Notes: generated from the letters alone by a model not told the origin. Counted from the first letter of the stretch, positions 36,470-47,737 are shown. The stretch is 64,000 bases of DNA from an uncultured Gemmatimonadales bacterium (GCA_963798845.1 CAWCUS010000004.1:384001-448000); one strand, 5' to 3'. A program made the numbers and translations.

Positions 36470-39174
36470 TGGGCGGGGCTGGCCGGACGGTGGAGGCGGC
36501 GACGCGTGTGTACCGGTGGGCATCCCGCATGCTGCCGCCGGACTTCCGGGAGGCGTACGGCGAGGAGCTTGAAGCGACGTTCCGGGACATCGCGGCGGAA
36601 GTGCGGCGGCGTCGGGGCCGGGTCGCCGTGGCGTCGGCGCTGACCCGGTCGCTGGCGGACCTGGTGCTGCACGCGCCGAAGGAGCACCTGGCGGCAGCGC
36701 GTGCCGGGGTGCTGGGGCCGGGGAGCGGATGGAGCGGAACGTGGCTGGATGTTCGCCAGGCGGCGCGTCGCCTGGCGAGGCGGCCGGGGTTCGCGGCATC
36801 GAGCGTGCTGACGCTGGCGCTGGGCATCGCGGCGGCGACGTCGGTGTTCAGCCTGGTTTACGGGGTGGTGCTGAGCCCGCTTCCGTATCCGGACTCGGAC
36901 CGTGTGGTGCGGGTGGACCACGGCGCCGAGAAGCTCGGGTATCCGTGGGGTCTGGGAGTGACGTACGGGTTCTACCGGTTCTATGCCGCGCGGGTCCATC
37001 AGGCGGAGTCAATGGCGATGTACCAGCGCATGGAGCTGACGTTGACGGGCGAGGGGGATCCCGTGCGGCTGGACGGCGTTCGGGCGACGCCGTCGCTGGC
37101 GACGGTGCTGCGGGTGCGCGCCGAGCAGGGCCGGTGGCTCACGGCCGAGGAGGGGGAGGTCGGGGCGGCACCGGTCGTGGTGCTGTCGAACCGCGTGTGG
37201 CGCGACGAACTGGGCGGCGACCCCGGGGTCGTGGGCCGGACCGTGGAGCTGAACGGGGAAGCGCGCGAAGTGGTGGGGGTGATGCCGGCGGACTTCGCCT
37301 TCCCCGAGGCGAAGACGGACTTCTGGGTTCCGCGGGTCGTGCCCGCGACGGGTGTGGGAGGATGGAACGAGCAGGCGGTGGCGCGGCTGGCGCCGGGAGC
37401 GACGCCCGCGTCGCTGGCGGAAGAGATGTCGTCGCTGTACCCGACGCTCCGGGAGACCACCGATGACCCCGGGCGCGTGAACGAATACCTGGACAACGCC
37501 GGGATCTTTCCGCGCGTGGTGACGCTGAAGGCCGACACCGTGGGCGACGTGCGATCGACGCTCTGGATCCTGCTCGGCGCGGTCGGCTTCGTGCTCCTGG
37601 TGGCGGTGGCGAACGTAGCCAACCTGTTCCTCGTGCGGGCGGAAGACGGTCAGCGGGACACCGCCTTGCGAGCGGCGCTCGGGGCAGGGCGAGCGCGCAT
37701 CTTCCGGGGCTATGTGGCCGAGACGCTCATGATTTCGGCCGCCGCCGGCGGGCTGGGGATCGCCGGGGCGGCGGGTGCCGTGCGGCTGCTGAAGCTGCAT
37801 GCGCCCGTGAACGTTCCTCGCCTGACGGAGGTGGGGCTGGATGGAACCGTGCTGGCCGTGGCGATCGGCGCCGTTCTGGCGGCCGCGCTGCTCCTCGGCC
37901 TGGCGCCCGCGATCCGCGGCCCTCGGGAGCTGGGCTCGTCGCTCAAGGAAGGAGGGCGGGGGAGCACGGGAGGCCGCCGACGGCTGCGGGGGCGGAACGT
38001 GCTGGTTGCCGCACAGGTGGCGCTGGCGCTGGTGCTGCTCATCGGCTCGGGGCTGCTGTTCCGGACGTTCCAGGAGCTGCGCGCGGTGGACCCGGGCTTC
38101 GCCACGCGCCGCGCCCTCACGTTCGAGCTGGGGCTGCCGTCGAACCGTTACCCGGACCAGGAACGGGAGCGTGCGTTCGCCGAGCGCCTGCTGCCGACGC
38201 TGCGCGCACTCCCGGGGGTGGAGTCGGTCGCCGCCATCGCCGGGTGCCTCCCCCTCTCGGGCAATCTCTGCTGGGGCGAGACGCTGGAAGCGGAGGGGTA
38301 CCCGAACGCCGCCGGCGAGGTGCCGCCCGTCACGGGCGCCCGGGTAGCGTCGACCGACTACTTCGAAACGCTGGGCATCCCCGTTCGTGGCCGCACATTC
38401 TTGCAGGCCGACGCGCGCGACTCCGCCTCCGTCGCGATCCTGAGCGAACGGGCTGCCGAGGCGTACTTCGCTGGCGATGACCCGATCGGCCGCCGCATCC
38501 GCTTCGGCGAGGATTCGCCGTGGCTCACCATCGTCGGGGTGGCCGGGAACGTGAAGGCGCGGGTCGCCAGCGACGACTTCCAGGGCTTGATCTACCTCCC
38601 GCTCACCCCGGCGTCGGCCGGCGGCCCGCCGCCCACCACCATGGACTACATCCTGAAGACGACGGTCCCCGCCAGCTCCCTCGCGGGCGCCGCCCGGCGC
38701 GCCGTCCACGAGATCGACCCGGCGCTCCCCCTCGGCCAGGTCCGTACCCTCCAGTCCGTCATCGGCGACGCGACCGCACCCACCGCGTTCGCCCTCGCCC
38801 TCGTCGGGCTCGCGGCCGTCATGGCGCTCCTCCTCGGCGCCGTGGGCGTCTACTCCGTCGTCGCGTACGCAGTCAGCCGTCGCACCGCCGAGATCGGCAT
38901 CCGCATCGCGCTCGGCGCCCGCCGCGGCGACGTCCAGCGCATGGTCGTCCGGCAGGGCGGGGCGGTGGTGCTCTCCGGGGTCGCGGTAGGGCTGCTTGCC
39001 GCCCTCCTGCTCACGCGCCTCATGGCCGGCCTCCTGTTCGGAGTGGCACCCACCGATCCCGTGGCCTACCTGGCGCTCACCGGAGTCATGATCGCCGTGG
39101 CCGGCGTCGCTCTCTGGTTCCCGGCCAGGCGCGCCTCGCGCGTCCAGCCGGCGGAAGCGCTCCGCGCCGAATAG
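36466..39174 (+). CDS. ADOP family duplicated ABC permease with N-terminal 'FREAYGEEL' prefix domain
   Basis: Prefix '[17 protein letters not shown]', then '[16 protein letters not shown]', '[11 protein letters not shown]', '[10 protein letters not shown]', ending 'PAEALRAE'. Confidence 0.95.
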   Translation: MMGGAGRTVEAATRVYRWASRMLPPDFREAYGEELEATFRDIAAEVRRRRGRVAVASALTRSLADLVLHAPKEHLAAARAGVLGPGSGWSGTWLDVRQAARRLARRPGFAASSVLTLALGIAAATSVFSLVYGVVLSPLPYPDSDRVVRVDHGAEKLGYPWGLGVTYGFYRFYAARVHQAESMAMYQRMELTLTGEGDPVRLDGVRATPSLATVLRVRAEQGRWLTAEEGEVGAAPVVVLSNRVWRDELGGDPGVVGRTVELNGEAREVVGVMPADFAFPEAKTDFWVPRVVPATGVGGWNEQAVARLAPGATPASLAEEMSSLYPTLRETTDDPGRVNEYLDNAGIFPRVVTLKADTVGDVRSTLWILLGAVGFVLLVAVANVANLFLVRAEDGQRDTALRAALGAGRARIFRGYVAETLMISAAAGGLGIAGAAGAVRLLKLHAPVNVPRLTEVGLDGTVLAVAIGAVLAAALLLGLAPAIRGPRELGSSLKEGGRGSTGGRRRLRGRNVLVAAQVALALVLLIGSGLLFRTFQELRAVDPGFATRRALTFELGLPSNRYPDQERERAFAERLLPTLRALPGVESVAAIAGCLPLSGNLCWGETLEAEGYPNAAGEVPPVTGARVASTDYFETLGIPVRGRTFLQADARDSASVAILSERAAEAYFAGDDPIGRRIRFGEDSPWLTIVGVAGNVKARVASDDFQGLIYLPLTPASAGGPPPTTMDYILKTTVPASSLAGAARRAVHEIDPALPLGQVRTLQSVIGDATAPTAFALALVGLAAVMALLLGAVGVYSVVAYAVSRRTAEIGIRIALGARRGDVQRMVVRQGGAVVLSGVAVGLLAALLLTRLMAGLLFGVAPTDPVAYLALTGVMIAVAGVALWFPARRASRVQPAEALRAE

Positions 39175-39299
39175 CGGCGCGCCTCCCCCAGCATGCCCGG
39201 CCGGCGGTCCGCCGCCGAGCCGATGCCCGGCACTGGCCAGTGTGGACCACGCCTCTCCGGCGGCCCGCCCCGTCCACTCTCCGGGCGGGCCGGCTCCTA

Positions 39300-39356
39300 C
39301 CCCTTGCGTTCCGATGGGAACCGTGAACATGTTTTCCCATCGGAACCCGAGGGAGA
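39300..39356 (+). promoter_or_regulatory. PadR operator/promoter region with 13-bp inverted repeats
   Basis: GTTCCGATGGGAA (39308-39320) and its perfect inverse TTCCCATCGGAAC (39334-39346). Candidate -35 TTGCGT at 39304. Confidence 0.65.
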
Positions 39357-39361
39357 GAGCG

Positions 39362-39712
39362 ATGACGGCCGCGAATACGGACATCCTGAGAGGGACGCTG
39401 GACCTGTTGATCCTGAAGGCGCTGAGCTGGAATCCGAGCCACGGCTACGGGGTGGCGAAGTGGATCGAGAGTGCGACCGGGGACGTGCTGTCGGTGGGGG
39501 AGGGGTCGCTGTACCCGGCGCTGCACCGGCTGGAGGAGCGGGGGTGGATCCGTGCGCAGTGGGGGGTGAGCGAGAACAACCGGCGTGCGAAGTACTACGA
39601 GCTCACGTCGCAGGGCCGCAAACAGCTGGAGGCGGAGACCCTGAGCTGGCGGCGTTACGCCGAGGCGGTGTTCGCCGCGCTCGAGGCGCCGGCCCGTCCC
39701 GCGCTGGCGTGA
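39362..39712 (+). CDS. PadR family regulator (Acidobacterial type)
   Basis: '[14 protein letters not shown]...[10 protein letters not shown]...[33 protein letters not shown]'. Confidence 0.95.
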   Translation: MTAANTDILRGTLDLLILKALSWNPSHGYGVAKWIESATGDVLSVGEGSLYPALHRLEERGWIRAQWGVSENNRRAKYYELTSQGRKQLEAETLSWRRYAEAVFAALEAPARPALA

Positions 39713-39719
39713 GGTCGCG

Positions 39720-42401
39720 GTGAGTGCGGGTCATCGGAGGCTGGCGGAGCGGTGGCGTCATCTTCTGGGAGGCGACGCGGGACGGGACATCGAGGATGAG
39801 GTTGCGTTCCACCTCTCGATGCGGGCGCGTGAGCTCGAAGCGATCGGGGAGCATCCGGAGCGGGCGAGGGAGCTTGCCGCGGCGCGCTTCGGGGACGTGG
39901 CGGAGGTCCGGCGGGAGTGCGAGGGGATCGCTCGACGGAGGGAGCACAGGATGGCGAGGGTCGAGTACGCGGAGGAGCTGAGACAGGATGCACGCTTCGC
40001 GGCGCGGACGCTGGCGCGGAATCCGGCGTTCACGGCAGTGGCGGTGGCGACGCTGGTTCTCGGGATCGGTGCGAGCTCGGCGATCTTCAGCGTGGTGAAC
40101 GGCGTGCTTCTCCGTCCGCTTCCGTTCCCGCAGCCGGAGCGGGTGGTCCAGTGGGGTTGGAGCTGGGGGGCGGAGGCGGGTGTGAACGGGGCGGTGAGCG
40201 CGTACGAGCTGGAGTACTTCGGCGAGCGCGCGGAGTCGTTCGAAGCCGTGACGACGTACCGGGGATTCTCGGCCGGGCTCGTCCAGGGTGCGGAGGAGAC
40301 GGGTGTGCGCGGCCTCCGGGTCTCCGAAGGGTTCCTGGACGTGGTCGGACACCGCATGGCCGCGGGTCGGTGGTTCTCGCCCGGAGAGTCGGAGCCGGGC
40401 GGGCCGCCGGTGGTGGTTCTGGGGGCCGGGCTCTGGCGGAGCCGGTTCGGGGGGGACCCGGGCGTGGTCGGTCGCGCGCTGTCGCTGGGAGGCGAGGTCC
40501 GGACCGTGATCGGCGTGATGGCCGGAGGATTCCGCTTTCCTCAGGCGCCCGAGTACACGGACTTCTTCGTCCCGTTGCAGCTCGAGGCGGACCCGCGGGA
40601 CCAGGGGCACAACTACCCGGTGCTGGGCCGGCTCGCCGAGGGTGTGGACGAGGCGCGGGCCGGCGCCGAGCTGGCGGCGCTGAGCGACCGTTTCCGACAG
40701 GAGCACCCGGAGCTGGTGCAGAACGACCGGGAGGGAATGGGGATCACGAGCTTCCAGAAGATCTACGTCGGCTCGCTGAGCGCGGTCCTGTGGACGCTCC
40801 TGGCGGCAGTGGGGCTGGTGCTTCTGATCGCGTGCGCGAACGTGGCGAACCTGCTGCTGGCGCGGACGAGCGACCGGCAGCGGGAGCTGGCCATCCGGTC
40901 GGCCGTGGGAGCGAGCCGTGGTCGGCTGGTCCGGCAGATCCTGACGGAGAGCGTGACGCTGTCCACCGTGGCCGCCGCGCTCGGTCTCGGGCTTGCGGCG
41001 TGGGCCACGCCCGCGCTGCTGGCGGCGATGCCGGCGCAGCTGCCGCGGGCGGCGGAGGTCGGGGTGGATGTGCGCGTGATCGGTTTCACTGCGGGAGCGG
41101 CGCTCGTGACCGCCGTGGTGTTCGGGTTGCTGGCGGCGCTGCCGTCCTCGAAACGTGGGGCGATGGAAGCGTTGCGGGAGGGCGGGCGGGGCGCCCCCGG
41201 GGGAGGAGGTCTGCGGAACGGGCTGATCACTGCCGAGGCAGCGGTGGCGCTGGTGCTCCTCATGGGCGCGGTGCTGCTGGTGTCGACGGTGTCGGCGCTG
41301 CGGGCGGTCGACCCCGGCTTCCAGCCGCGCGGGCTGATCACGGCGACGATCCCGCGGTGGCCAGACCGCTATGACGATCCGGCGGTGATGGCGGCGTTCG
41401 AGGAGACGCTCCTCCAGCGGCTGGTGCCGGCGGAAGGGTCGCCGATCCTGGCGGCGGGGCTGTCGACGAGCATCCCGCTGGAGCGAGGCTGGAACCTGCC
41501 GATGGAGGTGGAGGGGCGGCCGGCCACGTCCACCGGGGACGTGGAGTGGCGCTCGGTGTCCCCCGGCTACTTCGACGCCGTGGGCACGCCGATCGTGCGC
41601 GGTCGTGGCTTCACCACGGCGGACGGAGCCGGAGCGCCGCCGGTGGTGATCGTCAACGAATCGTTCGTGCGGCAGTATTTTCCGGACGAGGACCCGATCG
41701 GGCAGCGAATCGCGATCGGCCGGTACCAGGGCGAGTGGATCCACCCCGGGTTCGAAAGGGAGGCGGCGGAGATCGTGGGTGTGGTGGCGGACATGAGGGA
41801 GCTGGCCCTGCGGACGCCGCCGAAGCGGACGATGCTGGTTCCCAGGGCGCAGGCGACGATGGCCAGTCCGCCCGTCATCCTGCTTCGATCGGATCGGCCG
41901 GCCGCCGCCATGGCTCGCCTGAGGGATGCGGTCGCGGCTGCCGGCCCGGCGCTGCCGCCACCGGCCATCCGCCCCATGACGGAGGTCATCGGGGAGTCGC
42001 TGGGCAGGGAGCGCTTCCAGGCGCTTCTCATGACGCTCTTTGCCGGGCTGGCGCTGGCGCTCACCGCGGTCGGCATCTTCGGCGTGGTGAGCTATGGGGT
42101 GCGCCGCCGCCGGGCCGAGATCGGTATCCGCATGGCCATGGGCGCCCGCGCGGCCGACGTGACCTGGCTGGTGACCCGCCAGGGGATGGTGCCCGTGCTC
42201 ATCGGCCTGGGCATCGGGCTGGCCGTGTCGCTGCTCCTGGTCCGGCTCATCCGGGGCATGATCTGGGGGGTGAGCGCCACGGACCCGCTCACGCTCGCCC
42301 TGGTCATCGGTGGGCTGGGGGCCGTGGCGCTCGTGGCGAGCTGGGTGCCGGCGCGCCAGGCCGCGGGCGCGGACCCCGCCATGGCGCTGCGGCAGGAGTG
42401 A
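39720..42401 (+). CDS. ADOP family duplicated ABC permease with permease-prefix domain
   Basis: Prefix 'DIEDEVAFHL...ARFGDV', then 'QDARFAARTLARNPAF', 'LIACANVANLLLAR', ending 'DPAMALRQE'. Confidence 0.95.
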   Translation: MSAGHRRLAERWRHLLGGDAGRDIEDEVAFHLSMRARELEAIGEHPERARELAAARFGDVAEVRRECEGIARRREHRMARVEYAEELRQDARFAARTLARNPAFTAVAVATLVLGIGASSAIFSVVNGVLLRPLPFPQPERVVQWGWSWGAEAGVNGAVSAYELEYFGERAESFEAVTTYRGFSAGLVQGAEETGVRGLRVSEGFLDVVGHRMAAGRWFSPGESEPGGPPVVVLGAGLWRSRFGGDPGVVGRALSLGGEVRTVIGVMAGGFRFPQAPEYTDFFVPLQLEADPRDQGHNYPVLGRLAEGVDEARAGAELAALSDRFRQEHPELVQNDREGMGITSFQKIYVGSLSAVLWTLLAAVGLVLLIACANVANLLLARTSDRQRELAIRSAVGASRGRLVRQILTESVTLSTVAAALGLGLAAWATPALLAAMPAQLPRAAEVGVDVRVIGFTAGAALVTAVVFGLLAALPSSKRGAMEALREGGRGAPGGGGLRNGLITAEAAVALVLLMGAVLLVSTVSALRAVDPGFQPRGLITATIPRWPDRYDDPAVMAAFEETLLQRLVPAEGSPILAAGLSTSIPLERGWNLPMEVEGRPATSTGDVEWRSVSPGYFDAVGTPIVRGRGFTTADGAGAPPVVIVNESFVRQYFPDEDPIGQRIAIGRYQGEWIHPGFEREAAEIVGVVADMRELALRTPPKRTMLVPRAQATMASPPVILLRSDRPAAAMARLRDAVAAAGPALPPPAIRPMTEVIGESLGRERFQALLMTLFAGLALALTAVGIFGVVSYGVRRRRAEIGIRMAMGARAADVTWLVTRQGMVPVLIGLGIGLAVSLLLVRLIRGMIWGVSATDPLTLALVIGGLGAVALVASWVPARQAAGADPAMALRQE

Positions 42402-42465
42402 CACCGCCCCGACGGCACCTGCCGGACCTCACAGCGGGGATCGGCAACGCGCGGCTGCGGGCGGC

Positions 42466-43083
42466 TCAGCCGACAGCGCGCAGGTCGGCGGAGTAGATGT
42501 GCCACCGTCGCTCAGCTTCACTGGCGCCTTCCACCACGGCCCGGCGCAGCGTAAAGCTGCCGCGGAACTGCTGCCGCTCGCCGGAGTCCGTCACCGCGCT
42601 GACGACCACCGGGATCTCGACGTACCACGAGCCCGCCGCGCCCTCGACCCGGCCGGGCGTGCCGATGTCGACGCGAACGCGATCGGTGTGCGCGAATCCG
42701 GCCGCGAACTCGTCGAACGTCTGGCGGCTGTCGCGCCCCTGGTCCCCCCAGAGCCCGTAGGCGACCCGGTACCTCCGCTCGGCGATCGCGCGGTAGTAGC
42801 GGCGGATGACGTCCGCAGCCGTGTCGGCGGTGGATGGCGCCGCCGCTCGGCCCCGGCTCGAGTCCCGGGCTGCCCGGATCGGCGCGTCCGCGGTGGCATG
42901 CGGAGATGCGCTCTGCGTTGCCGGTCCTGAATCGGTGGAAGCCGTCAGCGCTGCCCCGTCCGAGTCCGACGTGGCGGCTCCCCGACCGGATGCGGCGGGG
43001 CGGCCGCACGCGGGGACGGCCGCGGCCGTGATCGAGGCGAGCAGCAGTGTCGTGACACGGGCTGGGGGGCTCGGTGGTCTCAT
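42466..43083 (-). CDS. Hypothetical lipoprotein (NTF2-like C-terminal domain)
   Basis: Lipobox-like 'VPAC', low-complexity linker, then 'VIRRYYRAIAERRYRVAYGLW...FAAGFAHT...EGAAGSWYVEIPV...WHIYSADL'. Confidence 0.7.
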   Translation of the reverse strand: MRPPSPPARVTTLLLASITAAAVPACGRPAASGRGAATSDSDGAALTASTDSGPATQSASPHATADAPIRAARDSSRGRAAAPSTADTAADVIRRYYRAIAERRYRVAYGLWGDQGRDSRQTFDEFAAGFAHTDRVRVDIGTPGRVEGAAGSWYVEIPVVVSAVTDSGERQQFRGSFTLRRAVVEGASEAERRWHIYSADLRAVG

Positions 43084-43152
43084 GACGGGGCGAACGGGCA
43101 ACAACCCTGCCGCGGAGTCGAAAGCGACCCCGCCCGGTCGTGCCGCCGACGC

Positions 43153-44164
43153 TCAGTCCGGCCGTTCGAAGTCCATCGTCCAGATCGGCAGCCACGATCC
43201 GTCGGGCTGACGGACCGCCAGCTCCCAGCCCGCTGCGGCGCCGGCGTGTATGAAGCGGATCCTGCGCTCCGGCATGACGTCGGTGGCCGCGGCGATGAAC
43301 TCGCCCTTCTCCCCTTCGAACGCTCCTTCGAACGGCGCGCCGAAGTCGCCGCTGAGCGTGTCGATCCAGTAGATCCGCCATTGCCCGCTCGAGGGGTCCA
43401 GGACGCGCAGGCTCGCGCCGCGGATCTCCTCCGGCGCCGCCATCCCCGCCCACGGCAGCAACACGGTCCCCTGCCAGCGTTCGACGAGCGCGCAGCCGTC
43501 GAGCCGGGTGACGACGTTGCGGGCAGGGAACGCGCGCGGACCGCCACGGTCGGCGATGATGTGCTGGGCGATGATCCAGTGCCCGGCCCAGAAGTCGAAG
43601 TCGCCGCGGCCGGTCGCGGCGCCGGCGCCGCAATCCGGGAGCGAGAGGTCGAGCGCCACGCGCCACGCGTCGCGCTCGCGGATCCAGACGGTCAGGTAGC
43701 GGCCCCCCGGGGTCGCCGCATCCGCGCCAGCAGCGGAAGGCATCACTCTCCGGCTCGACCCACCAGCGCCCGACCGTGTAGCCGAGGCTGTCCGGCCAGA
43801 GCATGGCCCCGGCATCGGGCTCCCAGCGGAAGCGCGCCCCGAGCTGCTCGAGCAGCGGCGCCACCGACGCGGCGGCGGCGGCCGGGCCCACCGCCTGAGC
43901 GCCGTCGCCGTCCTCCTTGCGACCGTTCTCCGCCCACACTTCGGCCCAGGCGGGGGCCCCGCGCCGCCGCGACTCGGCCGCGAACGCGCGGTCCGCGGCC
44001 AGGAGGGGGGCTGCGAGCGGCTCTTCCGGTGCGGCGGCCGCGGGGCGAGCGGGATCACCGCTGGCGGCTGGTGTGGCGGAGGCACACGCCGCGGCGAGGG
44101 ACAGGACCGGGATGCAGGTGAGGTTGCGGACGGACCGGCGGATCCGCTGTCGTGAGGTGCTCAT
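43153..44164 (-). pseudogene. Lipoprotein fusing an NTF2/DUF4440-like domain to a DUF1579-like barrel, frameshifted near 43700-43760
   Basis: Frame A: lipobox 'AAAC', 'LLAADRAFAA', 'FRWEP...GYTVGRW'. Frame B continues 'GRYLTVWIRERDAWRVALD', then 'DFDFWAGHW...GCALVERW...QWRIYWID...WTMDFER'. Confidence 0.7.
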
Positions 44165-44264
44165 GTGAAAAGAACGTGCGAGGGGCTGGAGGTCACACGG
44201 CGGGGTGAATTCCGGGAAAGCGGCGTTGTGCGCCCGGCCGGGACGCGCGAGCGCCCGGCGGCGG

Positions 44265-45752
44265 TCAGGGAGTCGAATCGGCGGAGGGCAGGGTGAGCGT
44301 GAACGTGGATCCCCGGCCGGGTCGACTGCGTCCGACGAGATCGCCGTCCATGCCGCGGGCGAGGTCGCGGGAGATGGCGAGGCCCAGGCCGATCCCCTGC
44401 TGCGACTGCTGGGTCAGGTGCCGGTCCACCTGGATGAACGGCTCGAAGATCGACTCCAGCTTCTCGGGCTCGATGCCACGCCCGGTGTCGGTCACGGCGA
44501 ACGCAACGCGGTCCTCGCCAGCGCGGCGGCAGTCGAGGGTGATCCGGCCGGCGGGCTCGGTGAACTTGAGGGCGTTGGACAGGAGGTTGAGGAGGATCTG
44601 TCTGACCTTCTCCGCGTCGGCGAGCACTGCGCGGCAGTCGGGGCGGGCCCGGATCTGGAACGCGATCCCGGCCGTGCTGGCCTGGGGGGAGATGATGGCG
44701 TCCACGTCTTCGAGCAGCCCGGCCACGGGCACGGTCTCGACCTGGTACTCGACGTGCCCGGCCTCGAGCCGGGCGAAGTTGAGGACGTCGTTGATGAGAG
44801 CGAGAAGGTGCTGGTTCGAGCGCTTGATCCGGACGAGGTCCGCGCGCTGCTGGTCGCTCAACGGTCCGCGAATTCCCAGCTCCATCAGGTCGACGTAGCC
44901 GGCGATCGCGTTCAGCGGAGTGCGCAGCTCGTGAGACATCGCGCGGAGGAACTCGGTCTTCGCCCGGTTCGCTTCCTCGGCTGCCTCGCGGGCCAGCAGC
45001 TCTTCCGTGATGTCCGTGTTGGAGCCGAACCAGCGCGTCACGTTTCCGGCATGGTCGCGGATCGGGTTGGCGCGCGAAAGGAACCACCGGTACTCACCGT
45101 CGCGGCGGCGCAGCGGGAACGTGTCCTCCCACGGCTCGCCCGACTCGATGGCGTCGCGGAATCGCTGCACGACGCTCTCCACGTGGTCCGGGTGGTGCAC
45201 CGACTGCCAGCCCCAACCCTCCATCTCCGCGAGCGTGCTCCCAGTGTATTCGAACCAGCGGCGGTTGTACCAGAAGATCCACCCCTCCGCGTCGGTCATC
45301 CAGGCCAGCTGCGGGAGGTTGTCAGCCATCGTCCGGAACTGCTCCTCCGACTCGTGCAGCGCCCGTTCGGCCCGGACGCGATCGGTCTCGTCCGAGATAT
45401 GGACCGCGAGCCCCCACGGGTGCCCCTCTCCGTCGCTGAGGGGGCGATAGACGAAGTCGACGTAGCGGGTCTCAAACGAGCCGTCGGGCGCGCGGCTTCG
45501 CAGCGGTGTGCCCGAGCGCCGGACCTCCTCGCCCGTCTCGAAGGCGCGGTGGATGAGATCGAGGAAGCCCTGGTCCGCGAGCTCCGGCACGGCATCCGCG
45601 ACCCGTTCCCCGAGAAGGTCGCGGCCCCCCATCAGCTCGCGGTAGGCGTCGCTCACCGCCACGTACACGTGCTCCGGTCCCTCCAGCACGGCCGTGGCGG
45701 CGGGCACACGCGCAATGATCCGCTGCAGGGCCTCGTGCAGACGGTGTGACAT
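44265..45752 (-). CDS. Cytoplasmic PAS-PAS sensor histidine kinase
   Basis: PAS_4 'AVLEGPEHVY...PELADQGF', PAS_3 'YNRRWFEYTG...WQSVHHPDH', 'SHELRTPLNAI', 'NLLSNALKFT', 'GIGLGLAIS'. Confidence 0.92.
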   Translation of the reverse strand: MSHRLHEALQRIIARVPAATAVLEGPEHVYVAVSDAYRELMGGRDLLGERVADAVPELADQGFLDLIHRAFETGEEVRRSGTPLRSRAPDGSFETRYVDFVYRPLSDGEGHPWGLAVHISDETDRVRAERALHESEEQFRTMADNLPQLAWMTDAEGWIFWYNRRWFEYTGSTLAEMEGWGWQSVHHPDHVESVVQRFRDAIESGEPWEDTFPLRRRDGEYRWFLSRANPIRDHAGNVTRWFGSNTDITEELLAREAAEEANRAKTEFLRAMSHELRTPLNAIAGYVDLMELGIRGPLSDQQRADLVRIKRSNQHLLALINDVLNFARLEAGHVEYQVETVPVAGLLEDVDAIISPQASTAGIAFQIRARPDCRAVLADAEKVRQILLNLLSNALKFTEPAGRITLDCRRAGEDRVAFAVTDTGRGIEPEKLESIFEPFIQVDRHLTQQSQQGIGLGLAISRDLARGMDGDLVGRSRPGRGSTFTLTLPSADSTP

Positions 45753-46105
45753 CCTGTCCGGTGGGGAGGTCAAAATCGCGTAGGATCGGGTCGATGACGC
45801 CGGACGCCCGGCAGACGGCTATCGCGGGGCCCAGCGTGCTGCAGCGAAGTCCCGGCCCGCGCGCGGCAGCGGCGGTCGGCGGCCGCGCAAGCACCGTGCC
45901 CGCCGGCGCGTCCACACCGGGGCAGCGCGCGCCGCGCGCGGTGGGGGCCGACCGGGTTCTCGCGCGGTCCGCGAGCAATGTCCCGGATCTTGCATGCGCG
46001 CCCGGGCTCCACGAAATCGCGGACGGGATCGAAAGGCAGGATGGCGACGCGGGCAGGGCGGAAGATCGCGGGTCAGGTGGTGATCCGGCGCCTGTCGGAG
46101 GGCGG

Positions 46106-47737
46106 ATGAGGCCAGCCGCGCTGGACGGGGCGGGGGCCGGCGGGGGGTGGGTGGACCGAGCGCGGGAAGGCAGGGACGTAGCCGGCGCGCGGGCGATCAC
46201 CGTGCTGGTGGTGGCGATCGCGGCCGTGGCGCGGCTGATCCTGGCGAGGCTGGTCCCGCTCTTTCCGGACGAGGCCTACTACTGGGACTGGTCTCGCCAC
46301 ATCGCCGCGGGCTATTTCGACCACCCGCCCGGGATCGCGCTGGCGATCCGAGCGGGGACGGCGGTGCTCGGCCCGACCCCGCTCGGCGTCCGCGTCGGGC
46401 CCATATTGCTGGGGGCAGTGGGGGCGCTGGCCGTGGCGGGCGTCGCACGGCGGGTGGCGGGGGACCGGGCTGGCCTGGTGGCGGCGATCATCGCTTCGGT
46501 GACGCCGCTCGCCGCCGCGGGATTCACCCTGGCGACGCCGGACGCGCCGCTCCTCGCCTTCCAGGCTCTGGGCCTCCATGCGGTCGTGCGAGCGCTCGGC
46601 CACCGGTCGGGCTCGAAGCGCGCCACGGCATGGTGGCTGGCTGCCGGGGTCGCGCTGGGCGCCGCGCTGGTGTCCAAGTACACCGCCGTGCTCTTCCCGG
46701 CCGCGGTGCTGTTGGCGATGGTGGCGTGGCGGGACCTGCGCGTCCGGCTGCGGGAGCCGGGCCCCTGGCTCGCCGCGCTCGTGGCACTCGCCGTCTTCCT
46801 GCCCGTGGTGCTCTGGAACGCGCAGCACGGGTGGGTCTCCTTCCTGTTCCAGATCCGCCATGGCCTCGGCGAGGGAGCGGGGAACGTGGCCGACGTCGTC
46901 GGCCGTGAGCTCGAGCTCCTGGGCGGTCAGGCGGGGCTGTTCTCACCTGTCCTGCTGGTCCTGGGCGGCCTGGCCGTTGCGGCCGCGCTCACCTCGCGGT
47001 CCGCCCCGTCCGTCCGTGTCATGGCGGTCACCGCGCTGGTCCCGCTCGGGTTCTTCGCGTACTCGGCGCTGTCGAAGCGGGTGGAGGCGAACTGGCCGGC
47101 GGTCGCGTATCCATCGCTCATCCCGCTGATCGCGGTGACTCCCTGGCGGGAACGCGGGCGGCGGTGGCTGCGTGGCGGCATCGCACTGGCGGGCGCGCTC
47201 TCGCTGGTGGTGTACGCGCAGGCCGCGGCGCCCGTCCTGCCGCTGCGCGGCGCGCGCGACCCGATCGCCCGCGCCGTGGGCTGGGATGCCGTCGCCCGGT
47301 CCGTCGACTCCACCGCCGCGGAGCTGCGCCCGAGGTCCGGAGCGGGGCGGGTGTGGATCGCGGGCACGCGCTACCAGATGGCGGCTCAGCTCGCGTTCCT
47401 GGCGCGGGGCCGGCCGCGGACGTTCGCAATCGGCAGCTGGCGCCCGAGCGAGTACTCCCTCCAGCCGGGGCTTCCGGAGGTCGCCCGACATGATGACGCC
47501 CTGATCCTCGCCGCGCCCGACGAAGTCCCGGGGCCCGCGGTCATCGACAGTCTGCGGGGATGCTTCGGGTCCGTGCGGCCGGGGGCGCGGGTGACGGTGC
47601 GTCGCGGCGACGACGTGGTCCGGCAGGCGAGGCTCTGGGTTTTCGACGGGTGGAAGGGCGGCTGCACGGAGGCGGGCGCGCTCGCCACCGGAGGGGCTCG
47701 CGCACGCGGCGCAGACGCGCGTCTCCCCGGCTCCTGA
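46106..47737 (+). CDS. Glycosyltransferase family 39/83 (ArnT/PMT-like) membrane protein
   Basis: 'PDEAYYWDWSRHIAAGYFDHPPG', 'TPDAPL', 'LVSKYTAV', 'PVVLWNAQHGWVSFLFQ'. Multiple TM helices. Confidence 0.9.
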   Translation: MRPAALDGAGAGGGWVDRAREGRDVAGARAITVLVVAIAAVARLILARLVPLFPDEAYYWDWSRHIAAGYFDHPPGIALAIRAGTAVLGPTPLGVRVGPILLGAVGALAVAGVARRVAGDRAGLVAAIIASVTPLAAAGFTLATPDAPLLAFQALGLHAVVRALGHRSGSKRATAWWLAAGVALGAALVSKYTAVLFPAAVLLAMVAWRDLRVRLREPGPWLAALVALAVFLPVVLWNAQHGWVSFLFQIRHGLGEGAGNVADVVGRELELLGGQAGLFSPVLLVLGGLAVAAALTSRSAPSVRVMAVTALVPLGFFAYSALSKRVEANWPAVAYPSLIPLIAVTPWRERGRRWLRGGIALAGALSLVVYAQAAAPVLPLRGARDPIARAVGWDAVARSVDSTAAELRPRSGAGRVWIAGTRYQMAAQLAFLARGRPRTFAIGSWRPSEYSLQPGLPEVARHDDALILAAPDEVPGPAVIDSLRGCFGSVRPGARVTVRRGDDVVRQARLWVFDGWKGGCTEAGALATGGARARGADARLPGS

